Shown: positions 10,175 to 20,423 of the stretch, one piece after another
Numbering within the stretch: the first letter of the stretch is position 1
How the letters are laid out: every line of letters begins with the position of its first letter
From: Lentisphaeria bacterium
GTDB taxonomy: Bacteria; Verrucomicrobiota; Lentisphaeria; Victivallales; Victivallaceae
Assembly (NCBI GenBank): GCA_018265615.1
Contig: JABLYX010000019.1
Coordinates: 13,165-77,164, forward strand
Direction of reading: 5' to 3'
Length of the DNA: 64,000 bases
Notes under the pieces: generated by a model
The model's database searches: none
What the model was told of the DNA's origin: nothing
What the model saw: only the letters and a program-made list of their open reading frames with translations
Position numbers and translations under genes: made by a program

Positions 10175-10717
10175 CTACTCCTCTTTCGGTTCGGAAGCGG
10201 GAGCGGCCGGAGCCCGGGGGCCGGGACCTTCCTGCTTCGGTTGTTCGAGCAATTGCCGCTTCTGCATCTCCTGCTGCATCTGCTGCTGGAAATGCGGCAT
10301 ATTCTCTTCCATTTTCCGCCGCGTGACTTCCGCGACGGCGACGGCGATCCGCGTCCCGGCGGCGGCCTTCCTGCGGCCGATGGGGGATTGGTAGAAACGG
10401 ATCAGCTCGCGGATTTCGTCCGGCGTGTAAATGTCGAGGTAGATCTTCGCAAGCTCCTCCTTCTGCGCCTCATACGAAATGGTCCGGCGCAGATACGATT
10501 CGAACGCCTGCCGGTACGGCTGCAGCTCCGGAGCGCTTTTGAGCTGAGCGTCAAGGCTGGTCTGCAGCGTCTGCTCCATCATGCGCGGCGTGCCTTCGGC
10601 CTCGAGCAGCGCATAGGCGAGCATCATCTCCTCAAGGCGGTAGCTCTTCACCGGTTCGGCGGCCGCGAAAACGCAGGATGCGAACGATAATACGGCAATC
10701 ATCAGGCGGGACTTCAT
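10175..10717 (-). CDS. Secreted DUF2059-domain protein
   Basis: N-terminal signal peptide (MKSRLMIAVLSFASCVFAAA), DUF2059-like core, Gln/Glu-rich low-complexity tail. Confidence 0.55.
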   Translation of the reverse strand: MKSRLMIAVLSFASCVFAAAEPVKSYRLEEMMLAYALLEAEGTPRMMEQTLQTSLDAQLKSAPELQPYRQAFESYLRRTISYEAQKEELAKIYLDIYTPDEIRELIRFYQSPIGRRKAAAGTRIAVAVAEVTRRKMEENMPHFQQQMQQEMQKRQLLEQPKQEGPGPRAPAAPASEPKEE

Positions 10718-11580
10718 GGTTTCTCCTCCGTGGAAGGCGCACCGGCGAGCCGGATTCCGTCGTCCGAAATCACGATTTTACGCTCTTTGTAAAGTATGCC
10801 GATGAGCTGTTTGAATACACGTTTGCTGAAGCTGAAATAGTCGCGGATCTCCTCGAGGCTGCTTTTCGCGTTCAGCGGCAGGAAGCCGCCCGCATCCTCA
10901 AGCGCGTCGAGGATCACCGGCTTGTATGCCGCGACTCCTCCGAAGCCGTCGGGGCGGAGCCGGACGTCGACCCGGTTCTCCTCCTGCCGGACCGCATGGA
11001 CGTACCCGGTCAGGCGGTCGCCGGGGCGGACGGACTGGAAAAGCTCGTTATAATAGATGATTCCGATATATTTATCCTCGACGATCACACGCCAGCCGAG
11101 CCGCGCTTTGTCCCAGACCGTCACGCGGACTTCGCTGTTCGGCGCGAGCTCCGACACATCGCCCTTGTAGAAGCGGCTCAGGCGGCGCGACGCGGCGATG
11201 CGCCCGGTCAGTTGATCGATATAGAGGCGGACGAGGCAGGTTCTGCCCGCTTCGACCCGCTCCGGCTGCTCGCGGAACGGCAGCAGCAGATCCTTGTCGA
11301 GTCCCCAGTCGAGGAAGGCGCCGATCTTCGTAATTTCCTTCACGCGCAGCAGCGCGAGCGTATCCACCTCGGCCTTCGGCTTCTGCGTGGTCGCGACGGG
11401 GCGGTCCTCGGAGTCGAGCGACAGGAATACGTCGATCTCATCCCCCTCCGCGAAACCCGCCGGAACGAATTTTTTCGGCAGCAGGACGGTCTCCCGGTGA
11501 TTGCGCCCGTCGGAGAGGAAGAAGCCGAATTCGGTCTCCTTCTCCGCTGTGAGGCGCTGGTGTTTTCCGATATTGAGCAT
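10714..11580 (-). CDS. S1 RNA-binding domain protein (CvfB/YitL family)
   Basis: 288 aa with multiple S1-like repeats and a C-terminal winged-helix region characteristic of CvfB. Confidence 0.7.
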   Translation of the reverse strand: MLNIGKHQRLTAEKETEFGFFLSDGRNHRETVLLPKKFVPAGFAEGDEIDVFLSLDSEDRPVATTQKPKAEVDTLALLRVKEITKIGAFLDWGLDKDLLLPFREQPERVEAGRTCLVRLYIDQLTGRIAASRRLSRFYKGDVSELAPNSEVRVTVWDKARLGWRVIVEDKYIGIIYYNELFQSVRPGDRLTGYVHAVRQEENRVDVRLRPDGFGGVAAYKPVILDALEDAGGFLPLNAKSSLEEIRDYFSFSKRVFKQLIGILYKERKIVISDDGIRLAGAPSTEEKP

Positions 11581-11583
11581 GTT

Positions 11584-12441
11584 CTAAAGATTCTTTCCGA
11601 TAATTTTGATCGAGCCGAGCGGGCTCGCGACGCGCTGCGAAACAACCTGGCACTTCACGCGCAGCAGGAAAAAAACCGGGCGCTCGGTAAACCCCTCGTC
11701 GAGCGACTCGAAGTTCCCCTGCCCCTTGGAGACAACCACATCCGCGCGGCGCATCGCATCGAGCAGCTCCCGGCTGCTGTTGCGCAGCGAGACGCCGGGC
11801 GCACGGTCGCCGGTGTCGACGACCGGCACCCCCGTGATCCCGGAGAGCGCCGCTTCGCGCCGGGTCACGTCGTTCAGGATCGGCAGCCCGCGAACGCCGA
11901 TCGTGATCTTGTCGCGGTAACGCTCGATCAGCAGCCGGTCGATGACCGCTTCGCCGCAGTTGTCGAGCATGTAAAAGACCGACTGCGCCGCGTCGAGCCG
12001 GCGCTTGAACTCCGCGCACAGCCCGCGGTCGAACGGCAGGTCGAAAACCTCGCGGATCTTCTCCTCCGCCTCGCACAGGTCGAAGTTCGGATTCACGCCG
12101 TAATCGATGATGTTCCCGCCGATCGCCAACCGCACGGCGGCCTCGAACGGATCGGGCGCCTCCTCCGCCATGCGCCGCAGGTCGGGCAGCAGCGCAAGTC
12201 CGAGCTCGGTCGAACGCTCCTTGATCTCGCGCAGCGGATCATCCACGCCGGAGAGCCCGGAGACGATCGAGTGAAACATCGACGCGAATTCAGGCGGAGT
12301 CGTCTCTTCGTCCGCCTCGAGCACAAGCCGCAGCAGCCGTTTCACGAGGGCATGCTGCGCATCGGCGGAGCCGGCCGCTTTTTTCGCAAGCTCCGAGAGC
12401 TGCGAAAGGATGCAGGGGTAACAGTCAACCTGGACACGCAT
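11584..12441 (-). CDS. DUF89 (ARMT1-like damage-control phosphatase) family protein
   Basis: 285 aa; conserved DUF89 features (CYPCILSQ N-terminus, MLDNCGE, VSKGQGNFE). Confidence 0.7.
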   Translation of the reverse strand: MRVQVDCYPCILSQLSELAKKAAGSADAQHALVKRLLRLVLEADEETTPPEFASMFHSIVSGLSGVDDPLREIKERSTELGLALLPDLRRMAEEAPDPFEAAVRLAIGGNIIDYGVNPNFDLCEAEEKIREVFDLPFDRGLCAEFKRRLDAAQSVFYMLDNCGEAVIDRLLIERYRDKITIGVRGLPILNDVTRREAALSGITGVPVVDTGDRAPGVSLRNSSRELLDAMRRADVVVSKGQGNFESLDEGFTERPVFFLLRVKCQVVSQRVASPLGSIKIIGKNL

Positions 12442-12442
12442 G

Positions 12443-12940
12443 CTACACCTCGCTCCAGCCGGCGCGCAGGAGTCCGGCGGTCGCCTCCAGCGCTTCCGGC
12501 ACGCAGCGGATGTCCGCGAGCACCGGCATGAAGTTGGTGTCCCCGTTCCAGCGCGGCACGATATGCATATGCAGATGGTCCGCCACGCCCGCGCCGGCCG
12601 CGGAGCCGATGTTGAAGCCGATGTTGAAGCCGGCCGGCTCCATGGTTCTGCGCAGCGTGAGCTCGGCCCTCATGCAGAGCTCAAAGAGCTCCGTGCGCTC
12701 CTCCGCCGACAGCAGCGGCAGATCGCCGGCATGGCGGTACGGGACTGCGAGCAGATGCCCCATGTTGTACGGGTAGCGGTTCAGCATCACAAAAGCGGTT
12801 TTGCCGCGGTGGATGACAAGCGCATCCTCCGGCTTGCCGGCGGGCGCCTCGTTGCCGCAGAGAAAACACTCCTCAGGCCGCTCGCCGCGGATGAAATCGA
12901 CGCGCCACGGGGCCCAGAGCGGCCGGTTGGATTCCTGCAT
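12443..12940 (-). CDS. HIT-family nucleotide hydrolase/transferase
   Basis: Histidine triad HLHMHIVPR near the C-terminus; 165 aa. Confidence 0.85.
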   Translation of the reverse strand: MQESNRPLWAPWRVDFIRGERPEECFLCGNEAPAGKPEDALVIHRGKTAFVMLNRYPYNMGHLLAVPYRHAGDLPLLSAEERTELFELCMRAELTLRRTMEPAGFNIGFNIGSAAGAGVADHLHMHIVPRWNGDTNFMPVLADIRCVPEALEATAGLLRAGWSEV

Positions 12941-12951
12941 GGTTGAGCTCC

Positions 12952-14700
12952 TCAGTTGGTTTCCGTTTCAAGCCGGCGCCGGAAAAAACGTTTCCGGCAG
13001 ACGAAATTGCGCACGGCGAAGAGCCACCATGCCGCACACCCGAGCGCGAGCAGCAGCACGAACCATTCGCCGAACCGGACGAAAAAAGTGCTCCCGGGCC
13101 GCGTCGGAACGCTGACCGCGACCGTGCGGATCCCGCGCCCGCGCCGCAGCTCAGGCCGCTTCCCGGGCCCGGGAACCTCGAGCACCTGCGTGATCTCCCC
13201 GGTCGGAAGCACGACGAGCGAGCCGCCGTTGTTCCCGCAGCGGACCATGGAGAGGCCCGTCTCAACCGCGCGCATGACGGCGTTCGCGAGATGCTGCTCG
13301 GGTTCGCTGCTGGCCGGATACCACGCATCGTTCGAGATCACCACAAGCACGTTCGCGCCGCGCAGCGCGAACGCGCGGGTCAGGTAGCTGAAGATCCCCT
13401 CGTAGCAGATCGCGACTCCGGCGCGCACCCCGTCCCCGAGCGGAACCGGGTTGAAATTCGTGCCGGGCGCAAGGTCGCGGCTCATATCGATGCGCCGGAT
13501 GACGAACTCCGGCAGGATGCTGCGGAACGGCACATACTCGCCGAACGGCACCCTGTGGATCTTGTCATATTTGTGCAGAAGTTTGCCCGATCCGTCGAAA
13601 TGCAGCGCGCTGTTGGTCACTTTCAGGTTCCTGCCGTCCGGCGGCAGCGGATCCTGAAAATCGATCGCGCCGATCAGCATCGGAACGCGGCAGGAGAGCG
13701 CAAGCGCCTGAACCACTCCGCGGAACTGCGCCGAAACCGGGTGCGCCGCGCGGAACGGAACCGGCACCGCCGACTCCGGCCAGATCACGATATCGGGCTT
13801 CGGCTCGCGCGTCATCGCCTCCCGCGCGAGCGCGGCATAGATGTCGAGCGCCTCCTTCGCCTCGCCGATGTTCGCGCTGCGCCGCTGCGAGATATCGCCC
13901 TGCAGCAGCGTCGGGAACCAGTTCGCCCGCCCGGCCGGAACGCGGCTGAGATAGAGCAGGAGCCCGGCCGCATGCAGCAGTGCGAAGAAGGCCGCCGCGA
14001 GCAGCAGCAGCTTCACGCCCGGCAGCCGGAAGCGCACCGCGGCCGCCGTGCCGAGCGCGGTTCCGGAAAAGGCGACCGTGAACATGATCCCGAAGTGCCC
14101 GGTGAACGACGTGAGCTGGATCAGCGGGATGTCGCGCCACATCGTGATTGAAAGGTCGTTCCACGGGAACAGCCGCGACCGGGTCCACTCGACGAGCGTA
14201 TAAAGCGCCGCGGCGCCCGCCGCAAAAACGAGCAGCCGCCCGAACGCCTTCGCCGTGCCGAGAAATTTCATGCGCGACTCATATCCTTCGAGCTCGACGG
14301 CGGCGGGAAACACCGTGTTGCGCCAGAGGAACGGCAGAAGCGCGGCCCAGGCGGCGGGCCAGAGCGAGATGGCCCACGGCATGAGGAACGGAATCACCGG
14401 ATCGATCTCCCGCAGAAAGCGGAAAGCGAAAAGCGACCAGCCGAAGCCCCAGACGTAGCCGCAGAGCGCCGTGAACTTCCAGCGCGAGCGGCAGGCGACG
14501 GCGACGACCGGGGCGAGCGCGGCGAGCGCGAGGAAACTCCAGTTCAGCGGCGGCAGCGCGGCAGCGAAGCAGCCGCCCCCCGCAAAGCAGCCGAGCAGAT
14601 CGAGCAGGCGGAAGCGAAGCGCCGCGCGGCGGACTTCATTCGGCTCTTTTTTAGCCGTTTCTTTCGGTTCCCGGGAAAAAATCTTGCGTAATTTCAACAT
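12952..14700 (-). CDS. lnt: Apolipoprotein N-acyltransferase
   Basis: N-terminal polytopic membrane region followed by a CN-hydrolase domain (ICYEGIF, VISNDAWY). Start set at the internal ATG (MLKLRKIF...). The tracked ORF extends 23 codons further upstream. Confidence 0.8.
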   Translation of the reverse strand: MLKLRKIFSREPKETAKKEPNEVRRAALRFRLLDLLGCFAGGGCFAAALPPLNWSFLALAALAPVVAVACRSRWKFTALCGYVWGFGWSLFAFRFLREIDPVIPFLMPWAISLWPAAWAALLPFLWRNTVFPAAVELEGYESRMKFLGTAKAFGRLLVFAAGAAALYTLVEWTRSRLFPWNDLSITMWRDIPLIQLTSFTGHFGIMFTVAFSGTALGTAAAVRFRLPGVKLLLLAAAFFALLHAAGLLLYLSRVPAGRANWFPTLLQGDISQRRSANIGEAKEALDIYAALAREAMTREPKPDIVIWPESAVPVPFRAAHPVSAQFRGVVQALALSCRVPMLIGAIDFQDPLPPDGRNLKVTNSALHFDGSGKLLHKYDKIHRVPFGEYVPFRSILPEFVIRRIDMSRDLAPGTNFNPVPLGDGVRAGVAICYEGIFSYLTRAFALRGANVLVVISNDAWYPASSEPEQHLANAVMRAVETGLSMVRCGNNGGSLVVLPTGEITQVLEVPGPGKRPELRRGRGIRTVAVSVPTRPGSTFFVRFGEWFVLLLALGCAAWWLFAVRNFVCRKRFFRRRLETETN

Positions 14701-14865
14701 TTCGGAACGATTCCCATTGACATAAACATGCTTTCGGTGTAATTTACACTGCTTTGCAGATAAATTCAAAAGATCCGCCGGATTTATCGCAGGAAAGAGG
14801 AGTCATATATCGTGCCCGCCTCCGGAAACGAGGCGCCGCCGGTTTATTAATTGCAGAAAAAAATT

Positions 14866-16518
14866 ATGAAAATCGCAGAAATTCAGGAATTCGACCATCT
14901 GGTGATCGGCAGCGGCCTGGCCGGCTTGTCGAGCGCGCTGCACCTGGCGGAGTCGGGCCGCAGCGTGGCGGTCGTGACCAAGCGGGAAATTTACGAGTGC
15001 AACAGCCGGCTCGCCCAGGGCGGCGTCGCCTGTGTGATGGACAGCCTCGACACATTCGAAGAGCATGTCAAGGACACGCTCGAAGCCGGAGCGGGGCTCT
15101 GCGACGCCGGAGCGGTCCGCGCGATCGTCGAGGCCGGTCCGGAGGCGATCCGCGAGCTCATCGACCTCGGCGCGAAGTTCACGACCCGCGGCGACCTCGG
15201 CTACACCGAGGAGCCGGAGGAGTACGACCTCGGGCGCGAGGGCGGCCACCACAAACGCCGCATCCTGCACGCCGGGGACATCACCGGCGCGGAGCTCGAG
15301 CGCGTGATGATTGAGGCGGTCCGCTCGAAGCCGAACATCACGGTCTTCGAGTTCCATGTCGCAGTCGACCTCGTGGTCAGCTCGCGCCTGAGCCTCGGCG
15401 GGACGAACCGCTGCTTCGGCGCATATGTGCTCGACGAGAAGAGCGGGAACATCGTGACGATCCTTTCAGCCTCCACCACGATCGCGTGCGGCGGTGCAGG
15501 CAAGGTCTATCTGTACACGAGCAATCCGGACGTCGCGTGCGGCTCCGGCGTGGCGATGGCCTACCGGGCCGGGGCGAAGATCGCGAACATGGAGTTCATC
15601 CAGTTCCACCCCACGATCCTCTATCACCCGACGATCCGCTCGTTCCTCATCAGCGAAGCGCTGCGCGGCGAAGGAGCCGTGCTGAAGTGCCGCGAGTCCC
15701 GCAATGCCGAGCCGGTCGAATTCATGCAGAAGTACCACCCGATGAAGAGCCTTGCGCCGCGCGACGTCGTGGCGCGCGCGATCGACTCGGAGATGAAGCG
15801 CACCGGCGAAGAGTGCGTCTACCTCGATATCCGCCACCACGATGAAGAGACGCTGCGCCGTCGCTTTCCGAACATCTTCGCGAAGTGCCTCGAAGCGGAA
15901 ATCAACATGGCGAAGGACCTGATTCCGGTGGTCCCGGCCGCGCATTTCGTCTGCGGCGGCATCAAAACCGATGTGAACGGCGAGTCGAGCATCCAGGGGC
16001 TCTACGCAGTCGGGGAGTCCGGCTGCACAGGGCTGCACGGGGCGAACCGCCTCGCGAGCAACAGTTTGCTCGAGGCGCTCGTGGTTTCGAAATTTTCCGC
16101 GCGGGAGATCGACCGCAAGTACCCGATGTTTCTGGCGGGCCGGCCGCCGGCCGAAACAGCGCTGAACTGGACGACCGGGAACGCGATCGATTCCGACGAA
16201 CAGGTGGTCATCACCCACAACTGGGATGAGATCCGCCGTTTCATGTGGGATTACGTCGGCATCTACCGCACAAACAAGCGCCTCGAACGCGCGAAAAACC
16301 GTATTAAGATGATCCGCAAGGAGATCGAGAAATACTACTGGGATTTCCTGGTCACCGCCGAGCTTGTTGAATTGCGCAACATCGCGACGGTCGCGGAGCT
16401 CATCATCGATTGTTCGCTCCTGCGGCACGAGAGCCGCGGGCTACACTATAACGCCGATTATCCATACAAAGACCCCGAACTCGAATGTGTGGATACGGTC
16501 ATTCAACGGAAACTGTGA
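14866..16518 (+). CDS. nadB: L-aspartate oxidase
   Basis: FAD-binding GSGLAGL motif, fumarate reductase/succinate dehydrogenase flavoprotein family signatures (RLAQGGVA, HPT, GGI, GLYAVGE...GANRLASNSLLE). Confidence 0.9.
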   Translation: MKIAEIQEFDHLVIGSGLAGLSSALHLAESGRSVAVVTKREIYECNSRLAQGGVACVMDSLDTFEEHVKDTLEAGAGLCDAGAVRAIVEAGPEAIRELIDLGAKFTTRGDLGYTEEPEEYDLGREGGHHKRRILHAGDITGAELERVMIEAVRSKPNITVFEFHVAVDLVVSSRLSLGGTNRCFGAYVLDEKSGNIVTILSASTTIACGGAGKVYLYTSNPDVACGSGVAMAYRAGAKIANMEFIQFHPTILYHPTIRSFLISEALRGEGAVLKCRESRNAEPVEFMQKYHPMKSLAPRDVVARAIDSEMKRTGEECVYLDIRHHDEETLRRRFPNIFAKCLEAEINMAKDLIPVVPAAHFVCGGIKTDVNGESSIQGLYAVGESGCTGLHGANRLASNSLLEALVVSKFSAREIDRKYPMFLAGRPPAETALNWTTGNAIDSDEQVVITHNWDEIRRFMWDYVGIYRTNKRLERAKNRIKMIRKEIEKYYWDFLVTAELVELRNIATVAELIIDCSLLRHESRGLHYNADYPYKDPELECVDTVIQRKL

Positions 16519-16527
16519 TCTTCAACC

Positions 16528-17787
16528 ATGAAACATGAACTGCCGGTGCCCCGCCACGTCGTCGAGCTGATTTCGGAACTGCAGGAGGCGGGCTATGAAT
16601 CGTACATCGTCGGCGGAGCGATCCGCGACCTGCTGCTGGGGCGGGCCCCCAAGGACTTCGACATTTCAACCTCGGCCACGCCGGAAGAGGTGCGCACCGT
16701 CTTCGGCCGCCGTTCGGCCAGGATCATCGGGAAGCGGTTCCGGCTGGTCCATGTGACCTGGAGCGGCGAGCTCTTCGAGGTGAGCACGTTCCGGCAGGCG
16801 CCGGTACACAACGGAGCGAACGCGAAAAAGGACGTGCCGGAGAATCTGATCCTCTCGGACAACTCGTTCGGTACGGCCGAAGAGGATGCGTGGCGGCGTG
16901 ACTTCACGGTCAACGCGCTCTTCTTCGACCCGGTCAGGAGTGAACTCATCGACTTCACGGGCAAGGGGGTCGAGGATATCCGGAACCGGGTGGTCCGCGC
17001 GATCGGGGACCCCGGGATCCGCTTCGAAGAGGATCCCGTGCGCATGCTGCGCGCGCTGAAGCTCATCGGGCAATATGACTTCACAATGGAGTCGGCGACG
17101 GAAAACGCGCTCTTCGCGCACCTCGAACTGATCCGGGTCGCCGCCACGTCGCGCCTCGCGCTCGAACTGGAGAAGATCCTCGCAAGCGCCTACGGCGACA
17201 AGCATCTTCAGGCGTTCCACGACTACGGGCTGCTGCCGTTCTTCCTGCCGGAGCTGAACGCCGCGTGGGATACGCCGCACGGCGACTACGCGCTGAATCT
17301 GCTGAACGAGCGCAACTGCCGGGTGCGGGAAGGCATCTACCGCAACAGCATCTCTCTGGCGATGGCGGCGCTGGCGCTGCCGTTCGTCGAGAAGGAGTGC
17401 GAACATAATCCCGGCGAGCTGTGGGCGCCGGGGCCGGATTCCACGGCCGCGATCCGCGGGGTGCTGGGCCGGCTCTTCAAACCCCAGACGATGATGAACC
17501 GCATGACGCTTTCGGCGGAGCGGGTGCTGATTCTGCAGCCGCTGTTCCGCGACGAAAAGGCGAAGCCGAAGCTGATCGAAACAAAATCATATCCGCACAG
17601 CCGCGAGCTCCTGCTGATCCGCACCGCTGTCTCGGAGGAAGAGACGGCGGCCGTCGAACAACTGTGGCCGCCTGCGCCGCGCCGCCGTTCCGCTTCGATG
17701 CGAAGCGAAGAGAGCGAGCGCCCCCCGAAACGCCGCAGGCGCAGCGGCCGTTCGCGCCGGGGGAAGGAAAAGGAGAAGGAGGCGTAA
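16528..17787 (+). CDS. Poly(A) polymerase / tRNA nucleotidyltransferase-family protein (PcnB-like) with an Arg/Lys-rich C-terminal tail
   Basis: PolyA_pol head domain (GGAIRDLLLG...DFDIST), RNA-binding region, basic C-terminus (PKRRRRSGRSRRGKEKEKEA). Confidence 0.75.
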   Translation: MKHELPVPRHVVELISELQEAGYESYIVGGAIRDLLLGRAPKDFDISTSATPEEVRTVFGRRSARIIGKRFRLVHVTWSGELFEVSTFRQAPVHNGANAKKDVPENLILSDNSFGTAEEDAWRRDFTVNALFFDPVRSELIDFTGKGVEDIRNRVVRAIGDPGIRFEEDPVRMLRALKLIGQYDFTMESATENALFAHLELIRVAATSRLALELEKILASAYGDKHLQAFHDYGLLPFFLPELNAAWDTPHGDYALNLLNERNCRVREGIYRNSISLAMAALALPFVEKECEHNPGELWAPGPDSTAAIRGVLGRLFKPQTMMNRMTLSAERVLILQPLFRDEKAKPKLIETKSYPHSRELLLIRTAVSEEETAAVEQLWPPAPRRRSASMRSEESERPPKRRRRSGRSRRGKEKEKEA

Positions 17788-17791
17788 CGGA

Positions 17792-19141
17792 ATGACGGTT
17801 CCGGGAATGAGGTTCTTCCGCCTCCTGCCGCTTCTGTTGGCGGGCTGCTGTGCATTCGGAGCGGGGGAAAGTGTCCTCACGCACCCCGTGACGGGCAAGC
17901 CGGTCGCCTATGGCGGAAAATTCTCAAACGCGAAAGTGACCGTTCCGGACGCCTACCGGCCCAGGGCGCGTGAGATGCGCGGCGTCTGGGTCGCGACCGT
18001 CGAGAACATCGACTTCCCGGCGCACAACAGCGCCGCCGCGTTCCAGCGCGATTACATCACGGTCGTGAACAACCTGAAAAAAACGAACTTCAACACGATC
18101 CTCTTCCAGGTACGGCCGATGAACGACGCGTTCTACCCGTCGAAACTGAACCCCTGGTCCCGCTGGATGACGGGGACGGAGGGGAAGTCACTCGGGGGCT
18201 TCGACCCGCTCGCATTCATGGTCTCCGAAACGCATAAGCGCGGCCTCGAATTCCATGCGTGGCTGAATCCGTACCGGATCGTCTCTTCCACAAAGCTGCG
18301 CAAGGCGGCTTACCTGAAAACGCTCGACGACAGGAATTTCGCGAAACGCAATCCGCATCTCGTGCTCGAGGTCAGGCGGAAAGACGGCACCTACTCGCTG
18401 CTGCTGAACCCCGGCGAACCGCGCGTCGTGCGCCACATCCTTGCAACGGTGCAGGAAATCGTGCAGAACTATCCGGTCGATGCGATCCACTTCGACGACT
18501 ACTTCTACCTTTACGGCGGCGTGGGGGACGCGGACCACAACACGTTCCGGCAGTACAACCCGCGCAAACTCACGCTTGAGGAGTGGCGGCGCGCGAACGT
18601 CGATGCCGTGATCCGCGGCGTGAAGCAGGAGCTGACCGCGCACAATCGCCGGACCGGGCGTAAGGTCGCATTCGGCGTGAGTCCCTTCGGCATCTGGGCG
18701 AACCGGAAAAGTATGTCGGCGGGATCACTGACGGGAGGGCTCCAATCGTTCTTCGCCCAGTATGCGGATACGCGCGGCTGGGTCAAAAAAGGTTGGGTCG
18801 ACTATATCGTACCGCAGCTCTACTGGCCGTTTTCGATGGACGTCGCCGCGTATGCGGCGCTGGCCGACTGGTGGGCGGAGGTCGTAAGGGGGACGGATGT
18901 GAATCTGTACATCGGCCACGGCGCCTACCGGCTCGGCGCGGACCGGAACTGGCACCGCGGAGAGCTGGCGGACCAGCTCCGGTACAATACGAAGCTGCGC
19001 GAGGTGGACGGCTCGATCCTCTTCTCCTACCGCAACATCTTCACGCCCTCGAACCAGGTCATGAAGGAGGGCACGGGCAGGATCCTGAACGACTACTGGC
19101 GTACGCCGGCGCAGTGCCCGCCCTGCCGGAATGTCCGCTGA
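17792..19141 (+). CDS. Glycoside-hydrolase-like GHL10 family lipoprotein (YddW/UPF0748)
   Basis: Lipoprotein signal with LAGC lipobox; conserved GHL10 TIM-barrel segments (RGVWVATV, NTILFQVRP, HAWLNPYR, IHFDDYFY). Confidence 0.7.
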   Translation: MTVPGMRFFRLLPLLLAGCCAFGAGESVLTHPVTGKPVAYGGKFSNAKVTVPDAYRPRAREMRGVWVATVENIDFPAHNSAAAFQRDYITVVNNLKKTNFNTILFQVRPMNDAFYPSKLNPWSRWMTGTEGKSLGGFDPLAFMVSETHKRGLEFHAWLNPYRIVSSTKLRKAAYLKTLDDRNFAKRNPHLVLEVRRKDGTYSLLLNPGEPRVVRHILATVQEIVQNYPVDAIHFDDYFYLYGGVGDADHNTFRQYNPRKLTLEEWRRANVDAVIRGVKQELTAHNRRTGRKVAFGVSPFGIWANRKSMSAGSLTGGLQSFFAQYADTRGWVKKGWVDYIVPQLYWPFSMDVAAYAALADWWAEVVRGTDVNLYIGHGAYRLGADRNWHRGELADQLRYNTKLREVDGSILFSYRNIFTPSNQVMKEGTGRILNDYWRTPAQCPPCRNVR

Positions 19142-19235
19142 TTCTCTTGAAATTCCGTTTGCGCCGCCGCGGATAGCGGGATATATTATCCGGAACGGTA
19201 TTCAGTCTTGAAGCAACGGAAAGAGGGTCCGGTCC

Positions 19236-20417
19236 ATGAAAGTCGCGGTCGTCTCGAACCCCCGCCATCGCGCCGGGGACATGATCGAATTCCTGCTCCT
19301 GCGGGCAATCCACACGTTCAACAAATTCGTCCCGGCCGACCTGCTGATCGTCGAAGGCGAGCTCGGTGAAACGGAAACCGGATTCCTGTCGGAGCTGTTC
19401 AGGTCGGTGAAGAGCCGCAAGGTTCCGCTGCCGGTCATCTGGCCGGCCCGGGACGGAGGCGGCCCCCTGCCCCCGGCGCCGGAGCGGATCGCCGTCAACG
19501 GAACGGAGGAGGAGCCGGCGGCGCTCGTCGAGCGGATCCGCGCCGCGGCAGGCGGTTTCCCGGAGTTCCGGCGCGCCCCCTTCGAAGCGATACTGGCCGA
19601 GCTCGCCGCCGACGGCTCGATCCGGACCGAACGCTGCGCGATGGCCGTGCCGGAGGTTCCCGGAGTCGGCGACTTCCACGTGCATACCCGCATGGCCTAC
19701 TGCAGCGAAAACATGGACATCCCGAAGGCGCTCGAAATGGCGAAGCTTTCGAATGTCGGGACGGTCGCGTTCACCGAACACTCCGGCCAGCTCTATTTTG
19801 AAGCTCCCGACTACTGGAGCGGCCGCTACGTCTGGCGCACGCGCGGCATGACCGGCGGCTGCCCCGTCATCCGCCGCATGGAGGGATATGAGGAGACGCT
19901 CCGGCAGGGGGCGCGCTCCGGGCGCTTTCTGCACGGCTTCGAGCTCGACGTCGACCGCAACGGCGACGTGGCGCTCGACGGGGCGGACCGCCGTCTCGCG
20001 CAGGTGCGGCTCGGCGCCGTGCATCACATGGCGGAAAAGTACGACCCGCACATCGCCTCCCGGCAATTCCTGTACTGCACGGAGTCGCTGCTGAAATACG
20101 GCGTCCACATTCTCGCGCACCCGTTCCGCATCTTCGCGTGGTCCGGCCTGCCGAAGGCGCCGGAGCTCTTCGAGCCGGTCGCGGAGCTGCTGAGGCGGTA
20201 CGGCGCGGCGGCGGAGATCAACTTCCATCAGAACGACCCCGAGCCGGAATTCTTCGAGCTCTGCCTGAAGAAAGGCGTGAAGCTTTCGCTCGGCAGCGAT
20301 TCGCACAACCTCTACGAGGTCGGATTCTTCCTGCCGCACTTCCGTTTCCTCAAAAAACTCGGAGTCGCGGGGCGGCTCGACGAGGTATTGTTCCAGTTCA
20401 AAGAAAACATAAAATAA
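19236..20417 (+). CDS. PHP-domain metal-dependent phosphoesterase with an N-terminal domain of unknown function
   Basis: DFHVHT...FTEH...HILAHP...SLGSDSH. These are the PHP (polymerase/histidinol-phosphatase) His/Asp metal ligands. Confidence 0.65.
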   Translation: MKVAVVSNPRHRAGDMIEFLLLRAIHTFNKFVPADLLIVEGELGETETGFLSELFRSVKSRKVPLPVIWPARDGGGPLPPAPERIAVNGTEEEPAALVERIRAAAGGFPEFRRAPFEAILAELAADGSIRTERCAMAVPEVPGVGDFHVHTRMAYCSENMDIPKALEMAKLSNVGTVAFTEHSGQLYFEAPDYWSGRYVWRTRGMTGGCPVIRRMEGYEETLRQGARSGRFLHGFELDVDRNGDVALDGADRRLAQVRLGAVHHMAEKYDPHIASRQFLYCTESLLKYGVHILAHPFRIFAWSGLPKAPELFEPVAELLRRYGAAAEINFHQNDPEPEFFELCLKKGVKLSLGSDSHNLYEVGFFLPHFRFLKKLGVAGRLDEVLFQFKENIK

Positions 20418-20423
20418 GGAAGA

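Noticed and set aside
10678-14151. Several long plus-strand ORFs (10678..12531, 12943..14151) opposite the cvfB-like / DUF89 / HIT / lnt gene array
   Set aside because: All recognisable domains (S1, DUF89, HIT triad, CN-hydrolase) are on the minus strand. The plus-strand translations are compositionally biased and lack motifs.
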